The notes beneath the pieces are model-generated. The model ran no database searches and was not told the DNA's origin. It saw only the letters and a list, made by a program, of their open reading frames with translations. A DNA stretch of 59,467 nucleotides, counting the filler, from Jimgerdemannia flammicorona (taxonomy: Eukaryota): assembly GCA_003990765.1 (NCBI GenBank). It is 2 parts of 2 records of this genome, joined end to end, with 100 filler letters (N's around TTAATTAATTAA, not from the genome) between each part and the next. Parts side by side here need not be neighbours in the genome. Positions count along the whole stretch, not along the records: positions 1 to 29,692 come from RBNJ01000476.1; 1 more part is not named here. One strand, 5' to 3'. The position numbers and the translations under genes were made by a program. Below, one piece after another: positions 13,900 through 27,771 of the stretch (its first letter is position 1; each line of letters begins with the position of its first letter).

Positions 13900-14528
13900 C
13901 TTTAAGTTTGAATACTAATAACTACTTACTGGTAATGGGTTTTTGATAAAAAAAACAATAAATAGATATCAGAGAGTTAGTAAATAGATAGCAGTGATTG
14001 GTTTGAAAAATAGTCTAAAAGTAATGGTTTTAGAGAAAGTGAAACAGAATATGTAGATACTCAGAAAAGAGTAAAGAAGATTATATTGAAAAGTCAGAAT
14101 CTACTAAGGTTGAATGACCAGAAGGTAAAATAGAAGAAAGATATTGACTGAAGTCCTGAATTTGAGTTTTTAGTCTATATCTTCTTGTTTACTTACCTTG
14201 CTGCTGTTGTGGCATAAGGACTCTCAGTTGTATATAAAATTATATAGATAATAGAGTGTTTTAGCACTTGTGAAAAAAAGAAAAAAAAAAAAAAAAAAAA
14301 AAAAAATTAGCTTCACTGTATACCTCGTATAATGGTTCTCTGTAAATCCTCCATAATGTAATTGATTTCGATCGAAATGACTTCATCACCATCACCATTA
14401 TTGTCATCAGCATAAACAGGTTCTGAGAGTTCCTTGGTTCCAGACTGTGGAAAGAAAAATAAGGACATTTCATAGTAAGAAAGTTACATGGCGTTATATT
14501 ATTATTCAATATATATGGTAAAAATTTC

Positions 14529-15419
14529 TCAGCTGGGTGACATGGATGCAGCTGTTACCATTTCTGCTGGCGTCGATACCGTAATAGATATCGTTTCCAA
14601 AGGTCTTCTCTGTCTTTTTGGCAACCGACACTTAACAGCCGCTTCCGTTGAGGATTGATCGTCATCGATCAGGCATATGAGATCTTCATTGCTGCTAAGG
14701 GAGAAAGCAGCCTCAAACCGATTTTGATCTTTTTCCTTCGCGTTGTCGCCTTCCACATTTGTGTCTTCATCTTCCTCAGGCTCGACATCACTGGAATTGT
14801 CTTCTTTGATACCGCCAGCTTCGGCTTCAGCTTCATCTTCATCTTCTCCTCTCTCGATTTCCTCCAGTCTCCTCTAGCCAAAAATTACCTCTTCTCCCCG
14901 GTCCGCGCGTCGCCTCCACGCCTTTGCTTGGTCGATGATTTCCTCACGCTGTCACGAAGAACAAATCACTCTTAGAAGTGTTACTCCAACAACAACAACG
15001 GCATCTTTCTCCTGCCGACTGACCTGGATAAGCCGTAGTTCAATTCCTTAATGCTGCTCTCTTTTGGCACTCTCGATATCCTTCCATTTCACTCTTTGAT
15101 TCTGTAAGGAACTTCAGCAGAATTGTTGTTGCACGAGCACTGCCAAGCATTTTTTTTTTTTTCATACCTTCCAGTTCTTGAGTCTGGCCTCCACAAAAAG
15201 TCGTTCCGGACAGTCAATTCCCTTTAGGACAGCCTTCGGCAAAATGTATTGGTCTTTAAGGGCGCGCGTAGCTTCCTTTTCATTGTCGAAATCCGACTCT
15301 AACAAGAACTTTGTCTCGTCCCAGTCCTTCAGCGGCCTTTCCCAGAACAGTGACAATCCCTTCGTTCGACTCAGGATGAGGTCGACATTCGCGCTTCGAC
15401 GTGCAGTATTTTTTGACAT
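14529..15419 (-). pseudogene. Three-exon hypothetical gene with acidic low-complexity C-terminus and two in-frame stops
   Basis: Exons 15419-15168 (84 codons), 15101-15024 (26 codons) and 14948-14529, with GT..AG introns all in phase 0. In-frame TAA in exon 2 and TAG near 14875. CpG-rich unlike flanks. No family recognised. Confidence 0.55.
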
Positions 15420-15583
15420 TGAGAATAGGGAATGGAGATCAATGGATGGAATGGAGAGAGGAAAACGCGTCGGAAAGTTTGGTCACGTCACGGACAACTT
15501 TGGTGTAACCATAAATAGATTACATCGAGGAAAATACAAAAAACCTTACCATCTTCATCCCCAGCAGAGCGAATGAGCTGCCG

Positions 15584-15886
15584 ACAGCGGCATTGTAGAT
15601 GCATTTATTTCCATCTCAATATCGTGCGACTTGCCTAGCATGTCTCACTGATCCTCTGGGTCTCTGGGTCTCTGGGACGTGTGAATTCCGTACCGATCTC
15701 GCGTTGCGACTATCGGCCCGCAGGCATTCGCGGTCGTCAGGGCCTTTTTTCTTTCGGATATAAGAGTTCTCCAGCCCAGACAGAGTTATTTGTCACAGCA
15801 ACAGCGGCATTGTAGATGCATTTATTTCCATCTCAATATCGTGCGACTTGCCTAGCACGTCTCACTGATCCTCTGGGTCTCTGGGA
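15584..15886. repeat. ~85-bp direct repeat (15584-15677 and 15801-15886)
   Basis: acagcggcattgtagatgc...gatcctctgggtctctggga occurs twice, differing by one C/T and one 8-nt tctctggg unit. Confidence 0.9.
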
Positions 15887-17559
15887 TAGGTCGTTCGTCA
15901 CGCCTTGGATTAGATTCAGTTTCTATTGGGAAGTATCGTTCCCCCCTTTTTTTTATCTCAGATGCTAATATTGAACTAACGCAAAGTTCTTAGGTCTTTG
16001 AATTCCTTTTTCTCCTTTCACTCAAAGCCTTGAGTCATCTCCAGCTGAAGCACAAATTGTGTGGTAAAGTGTTTATGAGAATCTGTTTGATTGCTGAAGT
16101 AGTAGGGTGGTTTGTCTATTATAAAATATGTATATAATCTTTACAAACCCATTTTATTTTGCAAACAATAATTATTATAACTAACTGGCTATTGTATGAG
16201 AAATAGGAGGTTATTAATATCTCTTTCTCTGTTATTTTACTGGTTACAATAGTTTGATAGGTAATTTTCTGAGTTTACTTTTTATAATTAATATTCTCTC
16301 TATTTTGGGTTGGTTTACTATACTTATTGTAGGGCAGTGAGAGAGAGATAATGGTGATAAGTTGTCTTTTTATTAGTGTCTGATTAGTATCTTTTTTACT
16401 TTTTTACAGTTTTTGATATCTTTAGCTATATTTGAAGTATATCTGTTTTGGTGTAGTATTTTCTTTCTTTTGCTATCATTAATAAGGTGTTGTCTTAGTA
16501 TATTATAGGTTATATAGGAAGTTGATTGACCTTGGGTATCAAGTATTCAGTATAGGTTATCTGCAGATTCTTGGTATTTATAATAGGGCTCTCTGATTTT
16601 AGTAAGCTTTTTGGTAAGTATAGTTCTAGTGTAAGTAATTGTTTTTTAGGTATTGTTAGGATGAGAAAAGAGATGGCCATTACAGATAGGAGAAAGGACA
16701 ATAATAGTAGATCAGTAAGGTGCTAGGTTGGGGATGGTCATTAGGGCTGGGGCAGATATTATTTTAGTAAGATATTTTGATTAGTATGGAGTGGTTAGAT
16801 AGTAGATATCACTCTTAACTTCTTTTAGTGATATGTAGGGTTGGACTCTAGTTGTTGAGGGGGGTCAGAGGGCCTGAGGTTACTTATTTTAGATATTTTA
16901 GCTACACTTAACTAGAACTGTAAGCTGATATAGTAATATAATTAAGGCCTACAGACTTAAGTACTGAGATATTAGAGGTCTTCTCCTATCTTACATATAA
17001 GTTCTTTACTTATCTCATCTGAGAGAACTAGGTCCTATCTACTGTAATATACTTTGATATAGATTTTTTCTTTGTCTATCATTCTTCTTAGAGTGGCAAG
17101 GGCTATTCTATTTGGCTTAGATATGATTTTATATATATATTGGAATTTCAGATATATACTTTCAGTCATTGGTATATAGCTGAGTTCTCTCTAATAGTAG
17201 AAAGAGTATAGTGCATAGAATGAAATGCAGGCCACTATAGACTCTGCTGTGCCTGATATAGTTGAGCTACTAGACAATAGCTAGCCTAGGTTAATAGGGA
17301 GGCTGATGAGTGGTAGAGAAGGGTTTTGGCCTATATAGTCTAGATTTCCTTCCAATAAAAATCTGCACAACTCTGAGTCTATAAAATAAAAAATAAAAAA
17401 ATATTAGATTATTTATAATTGATCTTCAAGTTTACTTTGTTTGGTTTTATTGTAGTATATCCTATATAAAAAAAAGAAAATAAAAATAAGTTATAACTAA
17501 AAAAATTTAATCTGAAACTTATACTAATTATTTTATATAAAGTATCTACCCAGTACTAA

Positions 17560-20185
17560 GTTTCTCTTTACTTTTAAGTTTTATTAATCTCTATCAATTA
17601 GTTATCTCTCAAGAGATCTCACCCTTATATATTTTATCATCTCTTTTAGTAAGTACTTCTTTAAGCTCCTGTCTTCAACTTAAAGTAATTTTATTCTCTA
17701 TCAATTTCTCTCAAAGTTTTCCTCATTATCTATCTCTAGTTCAACCAGCCTTATGATAAATCAGATCTCAATCATACTCTACTAAAATCCTTTATACTAT
17801 ACTCTCTACCTAGAGTAAGCTCCTCAAGTCCTTCTACTTTATATCATGAGAGCAGAATCTGATCTTTTAATTATCTATAACTAGTTTGCCTTATTTCTTC
17901 TCTTCTGAATTTACTAACCTTTGCTCTCACCAACTTCTCAAGACCTTTAGTTATCTCCAAAAGTCTACCAGACCTAGGCTTTTATTAGTTACTTATATTA
18001 CCAATATCTCCTAAACTAATCTGCAGCCACTTCTCTCTCTATAGCCATCCTTTTATAATCTTCTTCAGCCTCCTCACCACTTATGTATCTAGAAAAGACC
18101 AAATGATAGCCTAAATATCATAGCTTTATAGTAGTCAATAAAGGTTCAAAACTACCACTCTGTCTATTAAGAAGAAATTTTATCCAAACTATTCTATTAG
18201 AGATCAATATTATCTCTCTCTATTACTTCTCTTATAAGACTGTTCTATATACTGAGAATTAAATTTTCAGATATCTAATAGTCTTCTCTGTAGTCACAGT
18301 ATGTCTGAATCTTCTTTTCTTCTCTAACCCAGCTTTAATCTCTATCATCTCACACTTTTTCAATTCTGCTTCCCTCTACTATCTTCTTATACTTTCTAAT
18401 CCCATTTTATAGAATATCTATATTCTCTTTAACCACTATATCATCTGTAAAAGCTCTCAGCTTTCAGACTCCCTCTCTTATCTGTAGTTTAGCTAGATAC
18501 TCTCTTAGTTAAACTAGTATATGTTTTAAGAATAATATATTTATAAAGAAGAAGAGAGAGTATATTATCTCATGAGATACCTCTTCTTAATATAAACTTT
18601 GGCCCACTTTATCTATTTATCAGAATTATCACTTGATAGTTCTGTATTAGACTCATTATTCTTCTGATCTCTATATTGTCAAATCTTATCTTCTGTAGTA
18701 CTATCTCTAGATAGTCTCACCTCACTCTATCATAAACCTTCTCTTAATTCAAAAAGACTATCTATCTATCTATCTGATGACTCCTACAATTCTTTAGAAT
18801 ATTCTGTACTCAGATAGTACTATTTTTAATCTATCTCTCCTTTACAAATCCATACTTCTCTTCTCTATCAATCTGCCAATCTACTGCTATATCCTCTCAG
18901 CCAAATTTTTGATACTAACTTCTTATTAACATTCAGCAGTATGATGAATCTCCAGTTGTGTCACACCCTTATATCTCTTTTCTACTTATAAAGTAGAGAG
19001 ACTAATTCTAAAGATCTATTACTAATCCAGTATCTCTCACTAATATAAAGTTTACTATCTCAACTAGTTATTTACTAAACTCTATTCAAAACTCCTTTCA
19101 AAACTCCCATAATAGCCCATCCTTTCCTGATAATGATTCAGCCTACATCTTCTCTAATACTTTAAGCACTTTCTTTAGAGATATCTTTCCTGTTACCATA
19201 GTACTCATCTCTGACATCTTTACTACTAGTTAGTCTCTCACTAGATCACTATGCTCATCCTCTATCTTCTAGCCCTCCTCAAGCCCTTTCTTATTCTATC
19301 AAAGAGTCTATCACTATTTAGTAACTTCCTCAAGTATATCTGTAACCCTGAAGATCTCAATAACATTATCTTATAATATAGAAGTCCAGCTATATCTCAT
19401 CTCTCGAGTTTTTAGAACTCTAGACAGATATTTAGTTGATCTCTCTATTTTCTCTAGTCACTGAACCCTCAGCCTGACAAGTAGTTTATTTACCACTTTA
19501 TTCTCTACTGCTCTCAGTTCTGACTTTAGTCTATTTACTTTCTTAGTTAATTTTCAATATATCTCTCTTATTAATTCTACCTTTTTTATAACTTTCAACT
19601 ACTACTATAGTCTCCTCTCTAGTCTTCTTTCTCTGTTCTATTATTTCTTCTCTATCATCTCTTCAATATCTCTCTAGTAAGCTTTAGTTAAATATTTAAA
19701 CCTTTTCACTAATTTACTATAGACTACCCACCCTTCTTCTATCTTACTACCTCTTGTTATAAACTGATCTCTCTCCATCTACCTTCTAAGTAATGCTATA
19801 TTCAGATATCAATATTCTCTATCACTATTTACTATCTAAAACAGTCTCTTACCTCTACTCCTCAGTAATCAGACCAGAGATATTATCTTACATTAGTATA
19901 TCTAGTATATTTCCCTAGTACTCAGCTACTAGTACTCAGTCAATTCTCATTTCAACCAGCTTACCTCTAACAATATATCATCTTATAAAAAGCCCAGACT
20001 CCTCTCCTCTTTATTGCCAAATATATACTATTGATCAGTTCTATCTCTTTTTTTATCTAAAGTCATCTTGATAGTCCTAAAGAGACTATTATTCTAGCTC
20101 TACTATCAAAAATAGTCTAACTTTCTATCTCTCACCATATTAAAATTACTCTCTATAATGTTTAATTTATCTTTCTATTGCTTTT

Positions 20186-20226
<41 letters not shown>

Positions 20227-23200
20227 GTTACTTAGACTTTGCTATTTATTATTAGTCTATTAATAAGATTAGAGTATCACCTCCCACTACCCAATCCCCA
20301 TAGGAGAGCCTCTTCCTATATTATTATGAATAAAGACCATCTTCTCACCTACTATACTAATCCTCCCCCTACTCTGTCCACAGACTTTCTCCACTAAGCA
20401 ATGCCTCCAACTACCCTGCTAACCCCAATTAAGCCACCAGCTCATCAAAGTGTCTTACATAAGCTCTTACCATTGCAATAGCCAGACCCCCAATCTCAGT
20501 TTCCTCCTATTCTCAAAAACAAATAACCAGTGACTGGCCAGCCCCACTCAAATCACCAAAATCCAATTTAAGGTAAGCCACTCCTTCTCCACCCCCCTAC
20601 CAGTCTATCCCTCAAATTCTCCCACTGACTCCATATACCATCTCCCCTATATACTACCCCCAAACAATCCCCAACAGTCTGCCAAAAGTCACTAAGTACC
20701 TCACACTCTCCTAGTCAATGTTCAGATATCTATATATATCCCTCTTCCTTGGCACTCCTCATAGTTAAAGCAACCCCCCTCAATAAGGTGACTCAAGTGG
20801 AAGTTGAGTATTATATTTCTCCTCAGTATGCACCACCAGACTACTCAGTACTTTGGTGGCATCCACTTCCTTACCTCAGCACTCCAGGCCCAAATACTAT
20901 ATCAGTTCCACTCCTCTCTAATACCCACCAACTGTTATCTGCTGGGCTACAGATTCTGGCCTGGTCTCCTTTGGTATTCTATCCCATCACTAATATTGAA
21001 CTCAATTAAGAGAATACCTCTCAGCAATACTCAGTCCCATCTCTACATTGCCAGGTCCCAAGCTACCTCCCCTTTATTTTTCTGCCAACAAATTCCAATG
21101 TAGTATACCCCCTCTGCTACCCCCCACCAGAGGCCTTTGTATCTCAATTTTCCAGTGTTCTGAAGCCTAACCAAAGATAGTAAATCTCCTATTGAGCCTC
21201 TTGATGAGGACCTCATCTCTCAGACCTTCTGCAATAAGGGAACTCAGCCATCTCCTCTCAACTCCACTGCTCTCTTTAATCACTATACTCTCAAGCAGTA
21301 TAGCCTCTTCAGAAAGTCAACCAGCCCAAGTCCTCCTCTTGTCACTGATAAGGATAAGACCTCCCAGCTGATCTGACTCCTTCTTCCAGCTCAGATCTAT
21401 CTCTTGGCTAGCTTCATCAGTCTCTTTATCACCCAGGCTGAGAAGTCCAGATGATAAGCCAGATACCACAACTTCAGTAGCCAATAGATGTTCAAAATTG
21501 AGACACACCCTGCTAGAGACAAGTGGCAACCTCCTCAACTCTGCAGGACCTCCCCCCAGATTGTAACCCTCTGCTCCCACCAAAGTCTTGGTAGGACTGA
21601 CCCATATACTGATAAATAGATATCTAAGTACCATACTATCTCTTCAGCAGAGATGATTATTCCAATAATATCCTCTCCTACCAGGCCATTGTCTAACACT
21701 ATTGTTTCACACTTGTGTCAATTAAGTTTAGCCCCAGAGTTCTCCTCATACCACTCCACTGTCTCCTTGAGCTCAATATCAGTGATTGATCTCAGGCTGA
21801 CCACCATGTTATCTACAAAGGCCCCAACTTTCCACCCAATTCCAAAGACTGAGAGCCCCACTATCTTCCATCTAATTCTGTCCATTAGAGGCTCTAGAGA
21901 AAGAGCATACAGAATGGGGGACAGTGGATCCCCCTGGGGCACATCCCTACTCAGGGGAAATAACACCCCTCTATATCCATTATATATGAGCACAGCCCTA
22001 CTCTCTTCCAGTAGACTGATCATTGCTGACTGGAACTGGTATAGCACCTCAGTCCTATCTAATACTTTCACTAGCTGGACTTGCCACACTTGGTCATAAG
22101 CCTTCTCCTGGTCTAAGAAGACCAGTCACCCATCTAGTCCATAAGCTCATGCCCCTTTAATAACTCTATATACTCAGGCTGTGTCATCCCTAATGAGCTG
22201 ACCTCCTACAAAGTCTCTCTGTTTAATACCCAAGACTTGCTGAGCTATCTTCTGTAGCCTCATGATCACTACCTTAGTTACTACCTTTCTGTCTATGTCT
22301 AGCAGCATAATCAGCTGCCAGCTTTCCAGTCCTCTCTCCTTCTCTTGTTCTTGTAAAGCAATATCACTAGCTCCAGATCTTGCTCCCCCATCTATCTCTC
22401 TGACTGTAGTATAAAATCACACAATATCATTATCTCACCCAGTATCTCTGAGACTCTCACCATCTTCTTCTAGAAGTTCCAGGGCAGACCATCCTCCCTA
22501 AGTGCTGTACTCAGTATTGTCATGGCAAGAACCTGGTGGATCTCTTTCTCTTATATTGACAATACCAAGTCACTCAGCCCATCTACCTGTGGGGGGTGCC
22601 AATCTTCCAATATCTGGTCAATGACAGCAGTATCAGCCCCACCCTCCTCCTCACTCCATAATCCACTCCATTGCTCCTTTAACAATTTAAGAATGTCTTA
22701 TATACTATGTATCAGTATACTATCAGAGTCAGATACCCCCTCCCATCTTTACTGTACTCTTCTCACCTAAAGGGTCCTTATGAGATACTTTGAGGGCCTT
22801 TCCCCTTCCTCCAAACCCTGCCAATGAAGCCATGCCACCAAGCTCTACACCCTTGTCTCTTCCTCTTCCTGCAACACCTGTTGTAATTCTCCAATCTCCA
22901 ATTTTGCTCTCATTAATCTCCAATCCTCTCCCCCATCCAATATCACTAGCTCTGCCCAATCTTTCAAGAGTCTAACCAGCCTAACAGAAGCCCATCTCAC
23001 CTGTCACCTCCTCTGCTTCCCAGCCTCCTTACCAGCCTCACTCCAGTAGGCCCTGGCCATCTCTTTCATCCTCCTCTACCAGGTACCAACTGGGACACCT
23101 TTCTGCCTCCAGCCCTCCACCCTCAGTTGAATGTCCTCAGCCCACTTATCCCATTAGATCCTATCATCTAATAAAGAGGAATTAAGGCACCAATGTCCAG

Positions 23201-26200
23201 GCCCATCCCCACTCTCTCCAAAATATCTCTGTTCTAACAGCCCTCAATGATCTGACTATAGACACTACTCTACCTCCAGCAACTTTCAAACATCTAAACC
23301 TCAGTAGCTAGCTGTCAAAATTCAGTCAATCCTCATCTCCAGGCCCCCTGTCCAATGTGTGTATACCCTCCTATCCCTCCAACACTCTCTATCAGTATCT
23401 ACCAGAGCACTTAGCCTTTCCACTTTCTCTTATACTGCCAGCCCTCCACTCCTACCCTCAGCTCTCTGTCCTCTATTAGTTCTATCCATCAGCATGTTTC
23501 AGACCATATTGAAGTCTCCACCAAGCATATCTACCCCAGTCTCTGCAAGGACCCCACTCTCCAGAAGACTCTTCACCCAATCCACATACTCATCCCATAC
23601 AGTAGAGTAGTAACAGAAGCCCACTGTAACCAGCTCCCAACCTATACATGTCTACTCTCCCCAGACTAATCTATCCTCCCAGCTTCTTACATTATGTATC
23701 TTCCCTCTGCCTCTCTAGACCAGAATCCCAATCTTGCTCTTCCAAACTGCCTCACCTCCCCATTCCTTCATCCATTTCAGTCTATCTAAATCATTCTCAT
23801 ATCTGACATCCTACAAGAGGAAAAGATTGGCCTCCAATCTCTTCAGCTAAGTAAAAATATTCCTATATCAAGAAGAGCCCTACAACCCATTTATATTCAA
23901 AGAAAAAATATTAGTTATACTATTTATAATGAAATATAATATATTATCAAGTCTATTCTCTACTGCTCTATGTTCATCTCTTCCTACACCATGTTCAGAT
24001 TAAGTTCCACAGTTATCTCCTCCTCTATAGTCCTCTTAGCCTCCAATCCAGCCAATAGCTCATTCATCTCCCCATCTGTCTTTTCCTCAAACTCCTCTCA
24101 GTACTCCAGGCAGGCCTCTTGTCAGAGCTGTAATCCATGATGCTTGGTCTAGTAGTAGTTGGCTCTCTCACCAGTAATACCTACTAGCTCTACCTCCTAC
24201 TCCTTATCTACCTCATACTCTTCCTCCTCTAGATATACTGCAAAGATTTTCACCTTCAATACTATTGCCACTCCATCTTCCTGCAGGATTTGTACCCAAT
24301 GCTCATCACTCATTACTCTCAGGTTCACCTCTCCCAACTCTTTAGCTGCCAAGTTATTCATCATCTTATATATCCAGAGTAGATTCCCCTCTAGGAGTTG
24401 TCAGCCTCCCTCTATCCAGTATCATGGTATCAGCTCTGGCACTTGCAGACTCATCCCATACCTCTGGGATATCCATCAGTTCCTTCTCTCCAACTGCCAC
24501 CACTTGTCCCCATTCACTATCTCTAGAACTCCAAATTGCACTCACTGGATCTCCTGCATTGGCACATCCTCTACCACTCTGCTTCAGGAAGCCAGACCTC
24601 ACCTGATGAGAGGAGTCAGAGTAGGTGAGTCCTCCCAGGCCTCCTCTCAGACCTCAAATGTACCATCAGCATATGAGTTATTGCTAATCATTTATCTGTC
24701 CACTCCTGTCCCCTTCTCTGTACTCTCTCCATCCTTGCCAGCCCAGACACTCACTTTGGTACCCCCTGCCTTCTCAATTCCACCTGCATCCTTCAGTGGT
24801 CTACTCTTCAGCTTAGCTAGCAGCTTCTTCTGCCTCTTACATCTCTGTGCCCTTTCCCACTACCTCTTGTCCACTTGAATCTGCTTCCTATCCACTACCT
24901 CCAAATGCATCAACTCTACAAAAGCCTTCCAAGTCTTTGCCCACTGCTTCACAGCACCACTCAGCTCTTCCAGTACTTCTAATAAGTCCTCTTCCTCCTC
25001 CTCACTCTCCTTCACCCTTGTTACCTTACACAAGATCACCCCCCAGACCATCACCAAAGGTCAGTCTCTTGCCTTTCTAGTAGCTTCCTTCTTTACTAGC
25101 CAAATCCTCACATCAATATTTCCAGTCCTGAGATCCCTTCCCAGACTCTGAATCTAATATCTACTACCTTTCTATACTCAGCTATGACTTCTTTAACTCT
25201 CCTTCTTGTTTCTACCACTGTCACTATAGGTACTTCTTTTACTAGCAGTTGTACCACCCTGGGATCCCATCTCAGGCAATATGCCATTGGAATATATATC
25301 TCTCCAACAGTCAATCTAGCCTTCAGTATCTCCTCCAAAGGCCCAGCCTCCTCAAAGTCCACCTTTACTCCCTCTAATCCTTTCAGAAACTTTACTGATA
25401 CTGCTTCAGCCACCTGCTTAGCAATAAGCCCCAGCACTATTTTCACTATCACTACTAGACCCCAGAAGTACAGCATAACTACAAATGCTGAGACTGACTT
25501 CTTGAGTAACAGGGCCACCACTAGGCCCATCATACTATCTACCAAATCTCCCTGCCTTCTAAGCCCCAACTGCTCAGCCTTGCTATCAGCAGTCACATCT
25601 GGATTTTTTTCCAAATTGACAGTCCCATCACTATCAGCCATCATATTCTCCCCAGTTACTATACTCCCAACTCCACTACTCCCTCTACCAAGAGCTACTT
25701 CCCTATATACTATTGCCTTCTCTATCTTCTTGCCTTTTCTCAACCATCTCTCTAGCCCAGACACCTGCTGTCTCTCCTTTACTATCTCTGTAAAGCTCAC
25801 CCTTCCAGACCCCTATCCTCTACTACTGCTTCCTCCTCTTCTGTATCCTCCTGCTAGCAGCCCCCTCATATTTTCCCCCAGGCCAGAGCCTCTCCTCACA
25901 TGCTGTCAGTTGAAAGTGCTCAGGCCACCCTGCCTAGTATATACCTCAGATTGTCTGTCAGTTGCCATGTTGTTAGTCTCTTTTCTTTAAGAACAATATT
26001 GTAAGTACTTTCTAAAGGTTATATAACCTGAATAGTACTAGAGAAAGATGAACCTGACCCATTGCTTTTACTCTCTACTAACTACCAGAAGATATATAGA
26101 GCCCACTATTAGTCCATTATTATCTCTCTCTTTCAATTGCCCCTAGACTAGATGTCTACTATAGTATTTATCTCTACTAACTTATCTCTACTAATACTAA

Positions 26201-26883
26201 GTAAGATTCTAACCTACTTATTCTATCCTATACTTCTAAACTATTTCTTTCTCTAATTCTTATAATTCTATATATTATAAACTCTACCATTTTGAAGAAA
26301 TATTACATTATATCTCCAGACCTTCAACTATTAAAATAAATATTATCACTTTATTCTATCTTTTAGACTATTGATATTTAGTGATAATATATAGAGACTA
26401 TTTATAATAATGAATAAAAATTAAAGATTCTCAGTTATTACCTCTACTCTCTTAGTCCTATTTCTGATGATATTCCTCTAGTTCTTATAGATTACCTTCT
26501 AAATATACTTACTATTCTCACTTCTGCAAAACTAATCCACTTGCTCAGTTATTACTCTTCTGATATTTACTATCCTAATCTCATCTATCTCATATCTCTC
26601 ATTCTCTATAAGTGTCACTACTATTGCAGTTACCAGTTTTGGTCCTTATAGTAAGTTGTTGAAGAACTCAGTCCAATCTTCCTGAGATCTATAAAATATA
26701 TCAACCTCCTTAATATTCTTCTCTACCAGCTCCTCAAGAACTACCTTATATCAGTCCTTTATTATAACTTAAGGAGCTCTGGTATAGTAGATCTTAGAGC
26801 TCTGCTCAACTTCTAAAATATCTCTCTATCTATAAAAATATTAAAGAAAATCTCTACCAATTTATTCTCCTCAGTAGCCTTCT
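17560..26883 (-). mobile_element. Old AT-rich L1 (family B) relic, split by LINE copy D and cut by the LTR at 26884
   Basis: Minus-strand decayed motifs: SLNINSL..IFLQ (APE, ~26300-26390), GKDGLLWEF (~19110), LVSLLYK..NWRFIILLNVNKK (~18950), EKVYDRV (~18735), RRGIS..LS (~18570), RYL (~18270). Confidence 0.65.
20187..26060 (-). mobile_element. Full-length decayed L1/Tx1-like LINE copy D (~5.9 kb) with poly-A tail and 10-bp TSD
   Basis: Poly-T 20188-20223; ORF1 ~25968-23960; ORF2 ~23927-20330 with APE, RT (VPQGDPLSPILYALSLEPL; AFVDN for FADD) and a C-terminal Cys/His motif; ATTGCTTTTA at 20177-20186 and 26061-26070. Confidence 0.92.
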
Positions 26884-27670
26884 TGTAATAGAATGAAAGA
26901 GCATGAACAGATGGGATGCGACGAATGACGAGTGATCACGTGACCCATCGAGCAATGACGTCATCATACGATCGAGTGCGACATATGAATAGCAAGTGAC
27001 AAACAATGCAAAATGACACGGAAAACGATATCCAGCTTATCCCAACAATCAGCACCGCAGCAATAGTTGCCACAGCTGCTGATCATTGCCTAGTAATTGA
27101 GGTCCTGATCACAAAGATATTCTTTACCAAAAACCACCTAACAAAGGTCACAATCACAAACCTCATTATAGTTACCAAATTAGTCACTCATACTTAGTCA
27201 GAAATTGTAGACCAACTTGTATAAATACCCCCCAGTTTCCATCTGAAATAAAGCAGTTTTAGTTCAGTCCTTGATACAAGAATCAAGTCTCCCCCCACAC
27301 ATACACATTCCCCTGAGTCTTAGTAATGACATCTAAGTGACTCTAGTGTTTCTAACTAAACTCCAGAAGCCTAGCTAACTTCTGCCAGAACTGAGACCGG
27401 TATATAAATTCCCAAAGACTTAAGTAAATCCATTGAACCTGAATTCCAAGGTAAATTCAGTCTGTGTACAGTAAAGAATAAGACTCTTGAAATAGGGTAC
27501 AAGAGAAAGACCTTTAAAAGATAAGATACTGCTGCTACAACTACTTATAAGCGAGTGCTTCCTCAAACTGAAGGCTTCTTGGTACACATTGTGTACTAAG
27601 TCCCTAAGTAATAGTCCACTTCCCTAATTATCCTAAGGATAAGAGAGAGGTAGAAGTGAGAGTTATTACA
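26884..27670 (+). repeat. 5' LTR of gypsy-like element 2 (787 bp)
   Basis: Starts TGTAATA and ends TATTACA (inverted termini); TATAAATA at ~27220 and AATAAA at ~27248; followed by act-TGGTAGCAGC. Confidence 0.85.
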
Positions 27671-27673
27671 ACT

Positions 27674-27683
27674 TGGTAGCAGC
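27674..27683 (+). promoter_or_regulatory. Primer-binding site, probably for initiator tRNA-Met
   Basis: TGGTAGCAGC lies 3 nt after the LTR and is complementary to a ...GCUGCUACCA tRNA 3' end. Confidence 0.7.
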
Positions 27684-27771
27684 AGATTACCAGCCAAGAA
27701 GACACCAAAGAACATACTCCTGAAGTTGGAACAAGACCAACCTTAGACAGGAGTAACCCCCTGAAATAACT

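Larger units (their letters stand above)
10000..14200 (+). mobile_element. Very old AT-rich L1 relic(s) (family B), interrupted by LINE copy C
   Basis: 10240-10300 matches the reverse complement of 17830-17890; 13300-13600 resembles the reverse complement of 19750-20100; no ORFs remain. Confidence 0.5.

Noticed and set aside
16000..17500. Possible DNA-transposase relic in AT-rich DNA (also 9130-10000 and 36373-37900)
   Set aside because: Too decayed; no motif or terminal repeat could be established by eye
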